Sequence record: PP763259.1
Direction: 5' to 3' (one strand)
DNA length: 64,000 nt
From: Acinetobacter phage Ab15
This document shows positions 26,620 through 36,098 of this stretch, in pieces; the first letter of the stretch is position 1; each line of letters opens with the position of its first letter. The notes beneath the pieces are model-generated. The model worked only from the letters and a program-made list of their open reading frames with translations, had not been told where the DNA came from and searched no databases. Made by a program: the position numbers and the translations under genes.

Positions 26620-29124
26620 TTGACAGACCAAAAGAAATATCACGTTTTTGCAGCAGACTTAGAAAGTACAGGTTTGCTTCATCATCTTGAAGAACAGGGT
26701 GAGAATGCCCGATTACACAACTTTGGTCTGTTATCTACCAAAAGTGATTCTTATGCCATTCTACATCCAATGGAACAAGAAGACCGTGAGAAACTTCAAA
26801 AGGTTTTAGATCGTGAAGATACTGTTTTGGTTATCCATAATGGTATCTGCTATGATATAGAAGCTTTAAAACATTTTAAATTTGATACTTCAAAAGTTAA
26901 AGTAATTGATACTTTATATCTTGCTTGGTACTTAGATTTCTTTAAGGAAGGTCGTTATGGCTTAGAGGCTTATGGTGAGTTGTTAGGATTTCCTAAGCCA
27001 CCTATTGAAGATTGGGAGAATCTAACCCAAGAGGATTATGACCACCGTGTTTATGGGGATATTAAAATCCAGAAAGCACTTTGGTTAAAGCTTTGTAAGC
27101 AATTTGCAGAACTGTACAACATTCCAAATGATGAGTACATGGAGTCCCGTGTCATTGATCATTATGCAATGAAGTACATTATGTGGAAGGGTGAACAGAT
27201 GCGTATTCAACAAGAGAATATGTGGAAGTTCGACTATGAAAAAGCTGCACCAATGCTTAAGAAAATTGAGTTTCAAATCAATGAAAAGATTGAAGCTCTC
27301 ACAAGTGTAATGCCGAAGGTTCCAGTCTATGCAACAAGAAAGCGTCCAGCTAAACCTTTCAAGCAAAATGGTGAGTTAAGCTCTACAGGTTTAAAATGGA
27401 AGGAACTCACAGAGGAAATGAACCTGCCTTTTGAACATGCAGATGAAATCCGAGTGATTACTAAATATAATCCACCAAACCCAGCTTCACCAGCACAGGT
27501 TAAAGATTGGCTGTTTGATTTAGGGTGGGTGCCACAAACCTACGAGTTTAAGAAAGATGACAGTGGTGAAAGGAAAATCCCTCAGATTTATGTAAAAGGA
27601 TCTGGTGGTGAGGTTTGCCCATCTGTACAAGAGCTTGCAGAGCGATACCCAGAGGTTGGTCACTTGGTTGGCCTTGGTGTATTAAAGCACCGAAAAGGAA
27701 TGGTAGCTAACTGGCTCAACAACCATAGAAATGGATACCTAACAGCCCGTGCTGCTGGGTTTACTAACACCTTACGCTTGAAGCATGCAGAGTTGGTAAA
27801 TATTCCTTCTGGTCGTGTTTTCTTAGGTTCACAAGTACGTGCACTATTAACGGTGCGTGATGATGCTAACATTTTGTTAGGTTCAGACTTAAGTTCTTTA
27901 GAAAACCGATTGAAGTTCCACTTCCAGATGCCTCTTGACCCTGACTATGTTAAGGCCCAGATGTCTAAAGACTTCGATCCTCACTTATCCCTAGCTCTTC
28001 TTGCTGGACTACTCACAGAGGATGAAGTCAACTTCTACAAGATAGAAGAAAAAGGCTTTGACATGCCTGATGAAGTGTACACTGATGATCTCAAGGAGAT
28101 GCTTGCTAAGAGTGATGATTGGAAACATACTGAATTGGCTCGTATTGAGAAGATACGTGGTATGGGTAAAGCTGGTAACTATGCTTGTTTGCCAATGGAT
28201 ACTCAAGTTGCAATTATTGATACAAATAATTTTGGTTATGTGAAGTATGTCACATTTGATGATTTAAAAGATACGGACCGAATTGTTCAGTATTGGTCTG
28301 ATTCTGGAGAATATACAGCAAGTCCTTATAAGTACAAACACTTCTATAAGGATGCAGAGGTTGTGACTGTAAAAATTAAACCTGATGGGATTGTGACATT
28401 TAAATGCACTATGAACCACCGTTGGTTGGTGAGGTTTGATAATGGTCGTGAAGGTTTTGCTGAACTTTCAGATATCATTTCAAATAACTACGAAATGAAT
28501 TATGCTGGCGTGTGGGTAAAGGGTTCCGACTTAGAAATTATAGAAGTTACAAAAGAGGACGTTTTTTGTTTGACTACTGAAAGTTCATCATTCTTGATTA
28601 AACAGGGTAGGTATTATTCGATTACTGGTAACTGTCAGTATGGCGCTGGAGCTAAAACTGTGGCACGTACAGCGAAGGTATCTTTAGATGTTGGTCAACA
28701 GATTGTTGAAGGTTATCGAATGATGAATTGGTCCATTGATGTTATTGCTTCTAATACATCAATTAAAAAGACATCCTTTGGTGATTTCCAGTTAAACCCA
28801 ATCAATAAGATGTACTATCCTCTCAAGACAGCTAAGGATAGATTCTCAACATTAATTCAAGGTAGTGGTGCCTATGTACTTGATCTTTGGTTGATGTTTA
28901 TTTTTAAACGCTTGAAGTTAGCTCATCAAGTTGGTATTATGAAGGATGTTAAACTTCTAGGACAATTTCATGATGAAATAATCTTAGAATTCAATGAGTT
29001 ACAGAAATCAGAAGTTGAAAAGTTGGTTAATGACGCTATGGGTGATGTTAATAACGCTTTAAAACTTCATGTAGATTTAGCATGTGATATTAAGTTTGGT
29101 AAAAACTACTCTGATATTCACTAA
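26620..29124 (+). CDS. DNA polymerase, family A (T7-like), intein-containing
   Basis: TTG start after AGGAGG. An N-terminal 3'-5' exo motif FAADLESTGL is present. Motif B RGMGKAGNYA / CQYGAGAKT is split by a 149-aa insertion. Confidence 0.85.
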   Translation: MTDQKKYHVFAADLESTGLLHHLEEQGENARLHNFGLLSTKSDSYAILHPMEQEDREKLQKVLDREDTVLVIHNGICYDIEALKHFKFDTSKVKVIDTLYLAWYLDFFKEGRYGLEAYGELLGFPKPPIEDWENLTQEDYDHRVYGDIKIQKALWLKLCKQFAELYNIPNDEYMESRVIDHYAMKYIMWKGEQMRIQQENMWKFDYEKAAPMLKKIEFQINEKIEALTSVMPKVPVYATRKRPAKPFKQNGELSSTGLKWKELTEEMNLPFEHADEIRVITKYNPPNPASPAQVKDWLFDLGWVPQTYEFKKDDSGERKIPQIYVKGSGGEVCPSVQELAERYPEVGHLVGLGVLKHRKGMVANWLNNHRNGYLTARAAGFTNTLRLKHAELVNIPSGRVFLGSQVRALLTVRDDANILLGSDLSSLENRLKFHFQMPLDPDYVKAQMSKDFDPHLSLALLAGLLTEDEVNFYKIEEKGFDMPDEVYTDDLKEMLAKSDDWKHTELARIEKIRGMGKAGNYACLPMDTQVAIIDTNNFGYVKYVTFDDLKDTDRIVQYWSDSGEYTASPYKYKHFYKDAEVVTVKIKPDGIVTFKCTMNHRWLVRFDNGREGFAELSDIISNNYEMNYAGVWVKGSDLEIIEVTKEDVFCLTTESSSFLIKQGRYYSITGNCQYGAGAKTVARTAKVSLDVGQQIVEGYRMMNWSIDVIASNTSIKKTSFGDFQLNPINKMYYPLKTAKDRFSTLIQGSGAYVLDLWLMFIFKRLKLAHQVGIMKDVKLLGQFHDEIILEFNELQKSEVEKLVNDAMGDVNNALKLHVDLACDIKFGKNYSDIH
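28186..28632 (+). mobile_element. mini-intein with no endonuclease domain, in DNA polymerase motif B
   Basis: Block A CLPMDTQVAI, block B CTMNHRWLV, block F VFCLTTESSSFL. It ends SITGN followed by Cys +1; the penultimate residue is Gly rather than His. Removing it restores RxxGKxxNYAxQYGAG. Confidence 0.6.
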
Positions 29125-29135
29125 TTGGAGGTTGT

Positions 29136-29381
29136 ATGAGAGATTTCTTAGGAGTTTTACTTGAGGTTGATGACGATGTTGTTTTGTTAAAAACACCAAT
29201 CGTTGGTGAGCACACATTTAAAATTGGAAAAGTTAAAAAGATTTCTTCTAAAAAAGTTTTGGTGGAAATCAAAGGTCGTCCTTATCGTTGGAGTGATGAG
29301 GAATGTATTCATGAGGTTTGGAGATACCCAGAGCAATTAATTCAAGTAGATATTGAGGTACATAGAAATGAAGAGCATTAA
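29136..29381 (+). CDS. small hypothetical protein
   Basis: 81 aa with RBS GGAGG. Confidence 0.3.
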   Translation: MRDFLGVLLEVDDDVVLLKTPIVGEHTFKIGKVKKISSKKVLVEIKGRPYRWSDEECIHEVWRYPEQLIQVDIEVHRNEEH

Positions 29382-29607
29382 TGGTTATGAACTGAAGGTT
29401 GGTCAATTGGTTATCTGTGCAGAACAGAAGACAGCAGATTTCTTTCATGGTAAAATTACACAGATTAACGAAAAGACTGTTATTGTAGAAACACATCGGG
29501 AAAACTACAAGTACCACAAATACTCTAAACCAGTGACTGGCTATGTAACTCACCCAAGACGACCTGAACAAGTATTTGTTTTAGGAAGCCCTAAAGAATT
29601 AAATTAA
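29353..29607 (+). CDS. small hypothetical protein with a KVGQLV SH3/KOW-like motif
   Basis: 84 aa, overlapping the previous ORF by 29 nt. Confidence 0.3.
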   Translation: MRYIEMKSINGYELKVGQLVICAEQKTADFFHGKITQINEKTVIVETHRENYKYHKYSKPVTGYVTHPRRPEQVFVLGSPKELN

Positions 29608-29636
29608 AAATTCTTTAAAATATTTTATAAAAGTAG

Positions 29637-29665
29637 TTGACATGGTGTTTTAATTATGATTTAAT
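29637..29665 (+). promoter_or_regulatory. early promoter AAAGTAGTTGACA with a weak -10
   Basis: TTGACA at 29637-29642. The same upstream context recurs at 23562 and 51455. TTTAAT lies 17 nt downstream. Confidence 0.35.
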
Positions 29666-29863
29666 TAGCACAATAAATTAATAATAAATATATTACCTAC
29701 CTTAGATGTGCAACACATCATATTTTTAGGAAGCCTCTAGGCAAGCCAGAAAGAAAAATGGAGAAGACAAGTTTTATTTAAGTCAGGACGACTATAATTA
29801 AGCGACTTTACGTCTTTTTCGCAAAACATATCTTAAAAGTATTTACTAAAAGGAGTTTACTAA

Positions 29864-30523
29864 ATGGCTAATACAAGTCTAGTTGATGGTGTTGTTTTAT
29901 TTAATTCTTTGAAAAACCCAAAGTTTAAATTCGAAAGTCAAACTCGCCGAGAGTTTACAATCGATTTGATTGTGAGTAAGAAAGATGCTATCGCTTGGAA
30001 TAAACGTTTCAAGAAACAGCAAGCTGAAATTATTGACAACCAAGACTTTGTGGCAAAGTTTGAGATGGAAGTACCGTTCCCTGAGCAAGATGAACAGTAT
30101 AAAATCAAAGTAAAACGCCCAGCAGATTATGAAGAAAAGGATCCAACAACCCTTCAGAAAACTGGTCGAATCTTACCAATTCCAGATAAGTATCGCCCTC
30201 GTGTTCTACAGTTGGTTGACCCAGAAACACGTAAATGTGTTGATATTACCTTCAAGGATTTTGGTGTAGGTCGTGGATCTAAAGTAACTGTTCAGTATGA
30301 AGAACGTGATAATGGTTCTTTTGGGACTACAGCACGTTTATCTAACGTTCGTGTTAACGAGTTGGTGAAGTTTGAGACAGGAAACTCATTTGATCAACTT
30401 GGTGAGGTGGAAGAGGTTATGGAAAACCCTTACGCACAAAAAGCAACTCCAGCGCCAGCAGCTAATGAAGGCGGTGCCACTGGTGGTGACCCAAGCCAAT
30501 CAGAAGTTGAAGATCTCTTTTAA
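29864..30523 (+). CDS. single-stranded DNA-binding protein (T7 gp2.5-like)
   Basis: 219 aa with an acidic C-terminal tail ending EVEDLF; a terminal Phe is the gp2.5 hallmark. It sits next to the polymerase and exonuclease genes. Confidence 0.55.
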   Translation: MANTSLVDGVVLFNSLKNPKFKFESQTRREFTIDLIVSKKDAIAWNKRFKKQQAEIIDNQDFVAKFEMEVPFPEQDEQYKIKVKRPADYEEKDPTTLQKTGRILPIPDKYRPRVLQLVDPETRKCVDITFKDFGVGRGSKVTVQYEERDNGSFGTTARLSNVRVNELVKFETGNSFDQLGEVEEVMENPYAQKATPAPAANEGGATGGDPSQSEVEDLF

Positions 30524-30537
30524 TTGGTGAGGTAGAT

Positions 30538-31083
30538 ATGAGTGCAAGAAATCCGAAAAGGAAAGTTTATAAAACAAACCCAAAAATAACAATTTCTGTA
30601 GAGAAGGACCTTCGTTGGAGAGATGTTAAGGATATGGTTTTTGATTCGATAGAACAGGGAGTTCCTTCGGATTTTGAATCTAAAAAACTTGCACAACTAT
30701 CTATCAAGTTACTAGCTGAGAAACAAGGACGTTCTCAGTTAAACTTGAGTTTTTATCCAGTTGTTCGTAGTACCCTTGAACATTTAACCCCTGATGAACT
30801 TAGAAAGATAGCCATTCAGTGTATTGTGAAATGTACTGAGACAGAAGAAACCAGTGAGAACATTGTACCTATTGCTAATAAGGTTGGTGTTATTTATGGA
30901 AGATTCTTTGATTATCGCTATAAGGGAAAACCTTATGTGGTATCTAAGCAAGCTGATCTTTTAGAAGAAGAAGTGGGTGTTGCAAATTTACCTAAAGATG
31001 GTGATCTGGAAGAAAACCAACTGGAGGAAGATGAGCAGTATGACATCATGGGGGCATTAGGACATATCCCTATAGATTTGTAG
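30538..31083 (+). CDS. hypothetical protein
   Basis: 181 aa with an acidic C-terminus. Confidence 0.45.
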   Translation: MSARNPKRKVYKTNPKITISVEKDLRWRDVKDMVFDSIEQGVPSDFESKKLAQLSIKLLAEKQGRSQLNLSFYPVVRSTLEHLTPDELRKIAIQCIVKCTETEETSENIVPIANKVGVIYGRFFDYRYKGKPYVVSKQADLLEEEVGVANLPKDGDLEENQLEEDEQYDIMGALGHIPIDL

Positions 31084-31123
31084 TTCATAGGTTTTTACAA
31101 GGAATTTGCATAAGGAGTTGTGC

Positions 31124-32359
31124 ATGAGTTGTTATGATGGAATTGGTGAGAAGTTGCCAATTGTCACTGACTTAGGTGTTATTGAATATGAATTACCAGT
31201 TTATGGCTCTAAGGATGTTGTTGCAGTTTTTGACTTAGACTTTATTGTGTACTCTTCTGCATGTATGGCTGATCACACATCAATTAAGGTGACATCGAAA
31301 AAGAAAGGTGTTGTCAAGTACTTCAAAAGTAGAACTGAATTTAATGAATTGCTGAGAGGGTTTAATGAAAAGAACCCTGAAGGTAAACTCACTAAAGCGG
31401 ATTTTATTATTGAAGATATTGTTGTTCCCCAGCCTGTATCACATGCCTTAAGAAGTATTAAAGCACGAATTCAAGGTATTATGGAAGTCCTTGGTGCAAA
31501 TAAAGCTGAGTATTATGTTGGTGGTGAGGATAATTTCAGGATGAGATTGCCATTGCCAGTACCATACAAAGGTAACCGAAAGGAAATGAGGAAGCCTACT
31601 CATTTAGCAGAAAGTAAAAAGTATGCTATTGAGGTTATTGGTGCCAAGAGTGTCTACGGTAGGGAGGCTGACGATGTGGTAACACAACGAGCCGTTCAGA
31701 TTAGAAAGCAAGGAGCTAAAGCTATTCTGATTGGCGAGGATAAAGATGCTTATGGTACATTTAATATCTACACTTATAACCCAAAAAAGGATTTTGAGCC
31801 TTTCTTCATAGGTGAATCCCCTTCTGTTTGGAGCACAAGTTTCATTGGTCACATAGACACAATTGAAAAGGTATCCATAGATAAGAATACAGGGAAAGAA
31901 AAAATCACTTACGATTATAAAGGTTGTGGCCTAGCATGGAAATGCTATCAGATTGCCACAGGGGATGATGCAGATGGTTACCACTTCTTAGATATTGCCA
32001 AGAGATTATATTGTGATAAACATGGAGTCAGTCTAATGGCAGCAGCTAAGAAGATTCAACTCGATAGGGTGGGTTTAGTGGAAAAACTAAACAATGCCAA
32101 GGAAGAAAAAGAGTTGTGGGAAATTCTCTTAGAGCATTCAAAAAAATATTATGGGGAAGAGCCTTTCGAATATACAGACCACAATGGTATTAAACACACA
32201 ACAGATTATATAGGTGTTCTTAACTTATACTATCACTGTGTGCATATGAGATTGTCAGTCGCTGATGACAATACCTTCTACACCATCTTGAGAAAACATG
32301 GATTGTATGATGGTCCGTTTAATCCAGAAGTTGAATATTGTTATTTGTTCGAAAAGTAA
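31124..32359 (+). CDS. 5'-3' exonuclease / flap endonuclease (FEN family; T5 D15 or T4 RNase H-like)
   Basis: The ATG at 31124 is 6 nt after AAGGAG. N-terminal VAVFDLDFIVYSSA. Central motif GREADDVVTQRAV...ILIGEDKDAYG matches the FEN motif GxEADDvI...S.DKD. Confidence 0.6.
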   Translation: MSCYDGIGEKLPIVTDLGVIEYELPVYGSKDVVAVFDLDFIVYSSACMADHTSIKVTSKKKGVVKYFKSRTEFNELLRGFNEKNPEGKLTKADFIIEDIVVPQPVSHALRSIKARIQGIMEVLGANKAEYYVGGEDNFRMRLPLPVPYKGNRKEMRKPTHLAESKKYAIEVIGAKSVYGREADDVVTQRAVQIRKQGAKAILIGEDKDAYGTFNIYTYNPKKDFEPFFIGESPSVWSTSFIGHIDTIEKVSIDKNTGKEKITYDYKGCGLAWKCYQIATGDDADGYHFLDIAKRLYCDKHGVSLMAAAKKIQLDRVGLVEKLNNAKEEKELWEILLEHSKKYYGEEPFEYTDHNGIKHTTDYIGVLNLYYHCVHMRLSVADDNTFYTILRKHGLYDGPFNPEVEYCYLFEK

Positions 32360-32398
32360 TCTTTCAGTAATTATTCAGTTCAAATTAACAAAAATTTG

Positions 32399-32427
32399 TT
32401 GACTTGGTGTTTGCATAGTTCTAATAT
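32399..32427 (+). promoter_or_regulatory. sigma70-like promoter TTGACT-N17-TAATAT
   Basis: TTGACT at 32399-32404 and TAATAT at 32422-32427. The ORF-track TTG start at 32396 overlaps it and is rejected. Confidence 0.5.
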
Positions 32428-32440
32428 ACAAGGAATAGTT

Positions 32441-33115
32441 ATGGTTGCAAGACATTCAAGAACTAAGTTAAATATATCTAACATTGATACATCAAATATG
32501 AAACCTTCGGAGAAAGTTCAACATATACTTGAGCTTAATCCAGAGGTTTTCCCTTCTAAGGCTTCTTATATTGACCTCTTAAGGAAGTGTATTCGTGCAG
32601 GTTGGGTAAAACACCCAGTTAAGCAAGCTTACAAAGAGTCAAAAAAGAAGAAGATCAAAAACCCAAACCCATATCACCAGAAAAGATTTGAGTATGTTTG
32701 GGGTTACACATGTGAAATTTGTGGTGAAGATTATGTCGAAAAGGATATCGAAGTAGACCACAAAGTAGGAAACATTAGATTTACCGAAATAGAGGACTTT
32801 GAGAGTTATGCTCTTGCAATTTTACATATTGCACCAGAGGACTTGCAAATACTTTGTGCTTATCGGGACACTGATGTTAGATCAAGGAAGAAACATTCTT
32901 GTCACCATATCAAAACACTAGCAGAAAAGAATGGAATATCTTTTGAAGAGGCTAAAGTTTTGAAAAAGGTTATTCAGGTGGAGAAGTCTGGTGAAGGTGC
33001 TGTTGTAAAGATGTTGACTAGTTTAGGTGTGTCTGCTAAGGATATTCCAAAAACAAAGTCAGGTAAAAATAAATTATTAAGGGAGGTTGCTCTAAGTCAA
33101 GTTAAGGCTAAGTAA
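32441..33115 (+). CDS. HNH endonuclease (free-standing)
   Basis: Motifs CEICGEDY, EVDHKVGN and CAYRD...CHH. An ATG at 32441 with RBS AGGAATAG is preferred as the start. Confidence 0.65.
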   Translation: MVARHSRTKLNISNIDTSNMKPSEKVQHILELNPEVFPSKASYIDLLRKCIRAGWVKHPVKQAYKESKKKKIKNPNPYHQKRFEYVWGYTCEICGEDYVEKDIEVDHKVGNIRFTEIEDFESYALAILHIAPEDLQILCAYRDTDVRSRKKHSCHHIKTLAEKNGISFEEAKVLKKVIQVEKSGEGAVVKMLTSLGVSAKDIPKTKSGKNKLLREVALSQVKAK

Positions 33116-33128
33116 CCTTGGAGGTAAA

Positions 33129-34100
33129 ATGTCAAAACAAAATTTAGAGTATAATCTCGAAATGGTTGAGCCTAGAGCTTGGCATGCTAAAGCTGTAGAA
33201 ATGAGTCTGCAAGGTAAATCTTCAAGTGATATTGCTGAGGCTTTACTTGGCAGACGTACTCAAGGAAGTACGGTTCGAGATTTTCTTCGGAAGGTTAGTA
33301 TCAGTAAGGCTGCTATTGAAGAGGTTGAGCCTGTAGAGATTCAGGAAAAGAACCCAACTATTTTAATCATTGCTGATACACAGTGTAAACCAGATGAGAG
33401 CCTTGAATATATGTTGTGGGTTGGGCACTATATTGCCGAGACAAAACCTGATGTTATTGTGCATATTGGTGACCATTTTGACTTCCCAAGTTTGTCGAGT
33501 TACGATAAAGGGAAAGCAAGTTCTGAGGGGCGTAGACTCTCTGATGACATTGAGGCTGGTTGTTTAGGGTTTGAGTATTTAAATTTACCTATGAAGAAGT
33601 ACCCTGAATATAAACCACGTAAAATATTCTGTCTAGGTAACCATGAAGAGCGTCTTGATCGTTATGTGAATGATAACCCTGAGTTGGTTGGGACACTAGG
33701 TACAGACAAGTTACCATTCAAGGAACATGGTTGGGAGGTTCACCCTTTCTTGAAACCTGTAGAGGTTAATGGGATTCACTTTGTACACTACTTGGCTAAT
33801 CCATTTACAGGGAAACCTTATGGTGGTACTGCAAACAGCATCTTGAAAACAGTGGGTCGATCTTTTGTGGTTGGTCATAAACAGTGTTTAGATGTTGCTA
33901 TCAGACCTGTTATTGATGGAACACAACAAATTGGTATTATCAATGGTGCTTGCTACTCATTTGATGAATCTTACAAGGGTTACCAAGGCAATAACCACTT
34001 CAGAGGTATTACTGTTTTGACAGATGTTGAAAATGGTTTTGGTTGCCCATCATTTATATCGTTAGAACAAATGAGAAAAATATACTATTCAGAAATTTAG
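33129..34100 (+). CDS. metallophosphoesterase (calcineurin-like) with an N-terminal HTH-like segment
   Basis: Motifs IIADTQ, HIGDHFD and LGNHE. The N-terminal segment SSDIAEALLGRRTQGSTVRDFLRKV resembles sigma-70 region 4 / LuxR HTH. Confidence 0.6.
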   Translation: MSKQNLEYNLEMVEPRAWHAKAVEMSLQGKSSSDIAEALLGRRTQGSTVRDFLRKVSISKAAIEEVEPVEIQEKNPTILIIADTQCKPDESLEYMLWVGHYIAETKPDVIVHIGDHFDFPSLSSYDKGKASSEGRRLSDDIEAGCLGFEYLNLPMKKYPEYKPRKIFCLGNHEERLDRYVNDNPELVGTLGTDKLPFKEHGWEVHPFLKPVEVNGIHFVHYLANPFTGKPYGGTANSILKTVGRSFVVGHKQCLDVAIRPVIDGTQQIGIINGACYSFDESYKGYQGNNHFRGITVLTDVENGFGCPSFISLEQMRKIYYSEI

Positions 34101-34109
34101 GAGGAGATT

Positions 34110-35024
34110 ATGGAAGATAAAGATTTAGGTGAAGTTAAAGAGGTTTTACAAGAAGTGAGCACACAAATTCAGAACGTATCAAATGATGCTCAGAGTGCTG
34201 CTATTGAGTTGGCTCATAGCGAGGTTGAACAGCTAGAGATTTCACCTGAAGAACAAGCTCGACAGGACCGTGTTGTAGCTTGTGTTCGTAAGATTGTACT
34301 ATTGAATACAATCATGGGCAACAACCCTGTGTACGGTGTTCTACCAAGTGAGCATTTGAAAATTTTATCTGCTCAAGAAAAAGTATTCTTGGAAGAACGT
34401 AATGAAGCCTTAGCTGCAATCCATTCTAAATACCTTATTGAAGTATTAGATGGTTTAGCTGATATGTTTGTTGTACAGACTGGCTACCAACATTTAAACG
34501 CACCAATTCCAGAAGAGTTAATTGCTGAAGGTCGTTTCTCAGAACAATTTGCAGGGCATGTCGGCTCAGCTTTAATGGGTCCAGAGATTGGTGCTCTATC
34601 AAATAGTGTATTTGCAGGTATGGCTGATGCATTCCATATTGCACGTATTGCCTCAGAACAGCTTTTTATTGATAAGATTGGGGTGAGCCAAGAACGATAC
34701 CTTGAGGGTTGTATTCGAGCGCTAGAGCTTGTCTGTGATAACAACTTAGCTAAAGCTACAAAAGACAAAGATGTGGCTGCACATTGGTACAAGAAACTTG
34801 GTAAAAAGTTAGTCGAGAAAGAAGGATGGCATATCCGTGCAGTCGAAGTCAATGGTGAAACTTGGTACTCACTTTTTGATGGCAATGGTAAGTTCCGTAA
34901 ACACAAAGACTTTGTTGGTGTAGATTTGCAACCTGTTTTAGATTATATGCTTGAGGGTATTGACAAAGAGTTAATTCCAGATCAAGATAATGCTAAGTTA
35001 CTATTCGAACAAGCGAGAGGTTAG
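34110..35024 (+). CDS. hypothetical protein
   Basis: 304 aa with RBS AGGAGG. Confidence 0.5.
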   Translation: MEDKDLGEVKEVLQEVSTQIQNVSNDAQSAAIELAHSEVEQLEISPEEQARQDRVVACVRKIVLLNTIMGNNPVYGVLPSEHLKILSAQEKVFLEERNEALAAIHSKYLIEVLDGLADMFVVQTGYQHLNAPIPEELIAEGRFSEQFAGHVGSALMGPEIGALSNSVFAGMADAFHIARIASEQLFIDKIGVSQERYLEGCIRALELVCDNNLAKATKDKDVAAHWYKKLGKKLVEKEGWHIRAVEVNGETWYSLFDGNGKFRKHKDFVGVDLQPVLDYMLEGIDKELIPDQDNAKLLFEQARG

Positions 35025-35066
35025 TATTATGTGTCGAAGTGCTAAGTATTTTGAAGGGGGTGATGA

Positions 35067-36098
35067 TTGAGTTTAACAAAAGATTTTTTTGAAAGAGATA
35101 CAAACATCACTGCTAAGGTTATTGCTGACAGCATTTCCCCTTCAGGAAATCGTATCACGACCTTTGAGATTGAATATCCACGATTTATTCTTGCTGAATT
35201 AAACACCCACAAGATGTTGGAAAAGAATTCTTCTAGTTCTCGTGCTATTCCCATCACTAAAATGATTGAGCAGATTCAAAACAATATGGCTCTACCTTTG
35301 TATTGGGGTTCTAAGCAAGCTGGTATGCAAGCTGGAGCAGAAATAACCAATGCTCAAGACTTTGGGCAAGGAGCTTATCAGTGGTGTGGTGCTGCCAAGG
35401 ATGTTGAAGCAAGAGTATTGGTTCTTGATAAACAAGGTTACCATAAACAAGTTGTTAATCGTTTGCTTGAACCTTTTCAGATGATGAAGACTGTCATCAC
35501 TGGCACTGACTGGGATAACTTCTTTAACTTACGTATTCATCCAGATGCTCAACCTGAATTCTGTATGTTGGCTTACAAGATGTATATGGCTATGCAAGAG
35601 AGTACTCCTGTAAAATTAGTTGCTGGTCAATGGCATTTACCATTTGTTCACACTTTTATTAGTAAAGAGGGTGTTCAATATTATAGTGATGGTATTAATC
35701 CTCTGAGTGGTGGTAAACAACTTTCACTTGAAGAAGCTATTCGTGTATCTGCATCGTGTTGTGCTCAAACATCATACCGTAAGAGTGATGATTCATTAGA
35801 GAAAGCTGATAAGATTTTCGACATGTTGATCAAGGCAGATGTGCTTCATGCTTCACCTTTTGGGCACTTAGCTACACCAATTGTATCTGTAAATGACACT
35901 GTTAATGAAATCTATAAAAATCTGACAGACGATTTTACTTGGGAACTTGGTGTAACTCATATGAGACGTGGTGGTATATTGTGTTCAGGTAATTTAACTG
36001 GTTGGATTTCATATCGACATCTTATTCCAAACAATACATGTTATGAATTTGATTTTGAAGAACGTATGAAGCTCTTCTCAGATGGAAGTGTTTCTTAA
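35067..36098 (+). CDS. thyX: flavin-dependent thymidylate synthase ThyX, putative
   Basis: ELNTHKMLEKNSSSSRA matches the ThyX RHR...SxR motif. ARVLVLDKQGYHKQVVNRLLEPF...NFFNLRIHPDAQPE matches ThyX motif 2. LHASPFGHL is present. TTG start after GAAGGGGG. Confidence 0.6.
   Translation: MSLTKDFFERDTNITAKVIADSISPSGNRITTFEIEYPRFILAELNTHKMLEKNSSSSRAIPITKMIEQIQNNMALPLYWGSKQAGMQAGAEITNAQDFGQGAYQWCGAAKDVEARVLVLDKQGYHKQVVNRLLEPFQMMKTVITGTDWDNFFNLRIHPDAQPEFCMLAYKMYMAMQESTPVKLVAGQWHLPFVHTFISKEGVQYYSDGINPLSGGKQLSLEEAIRVSASCCAQTSYRKSDDSLEKADKIFDMLIKADVLHASPFGHLATPIVSVNDTVNEIYKNLTDDFTWELGVTHMRRGGILCSGNLTGWISYRHLIPNNTCYEFDFEERMKLFSDGSVS

Noticed and set aside
32396-32440. ORF-track TTG start of the HNH endonuclease
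   Set aside because: It overlaps the TTGACT -35 hexamer and spacer of its own promoter. The ATG at 32441, downstream of the -10, is the realistic start.
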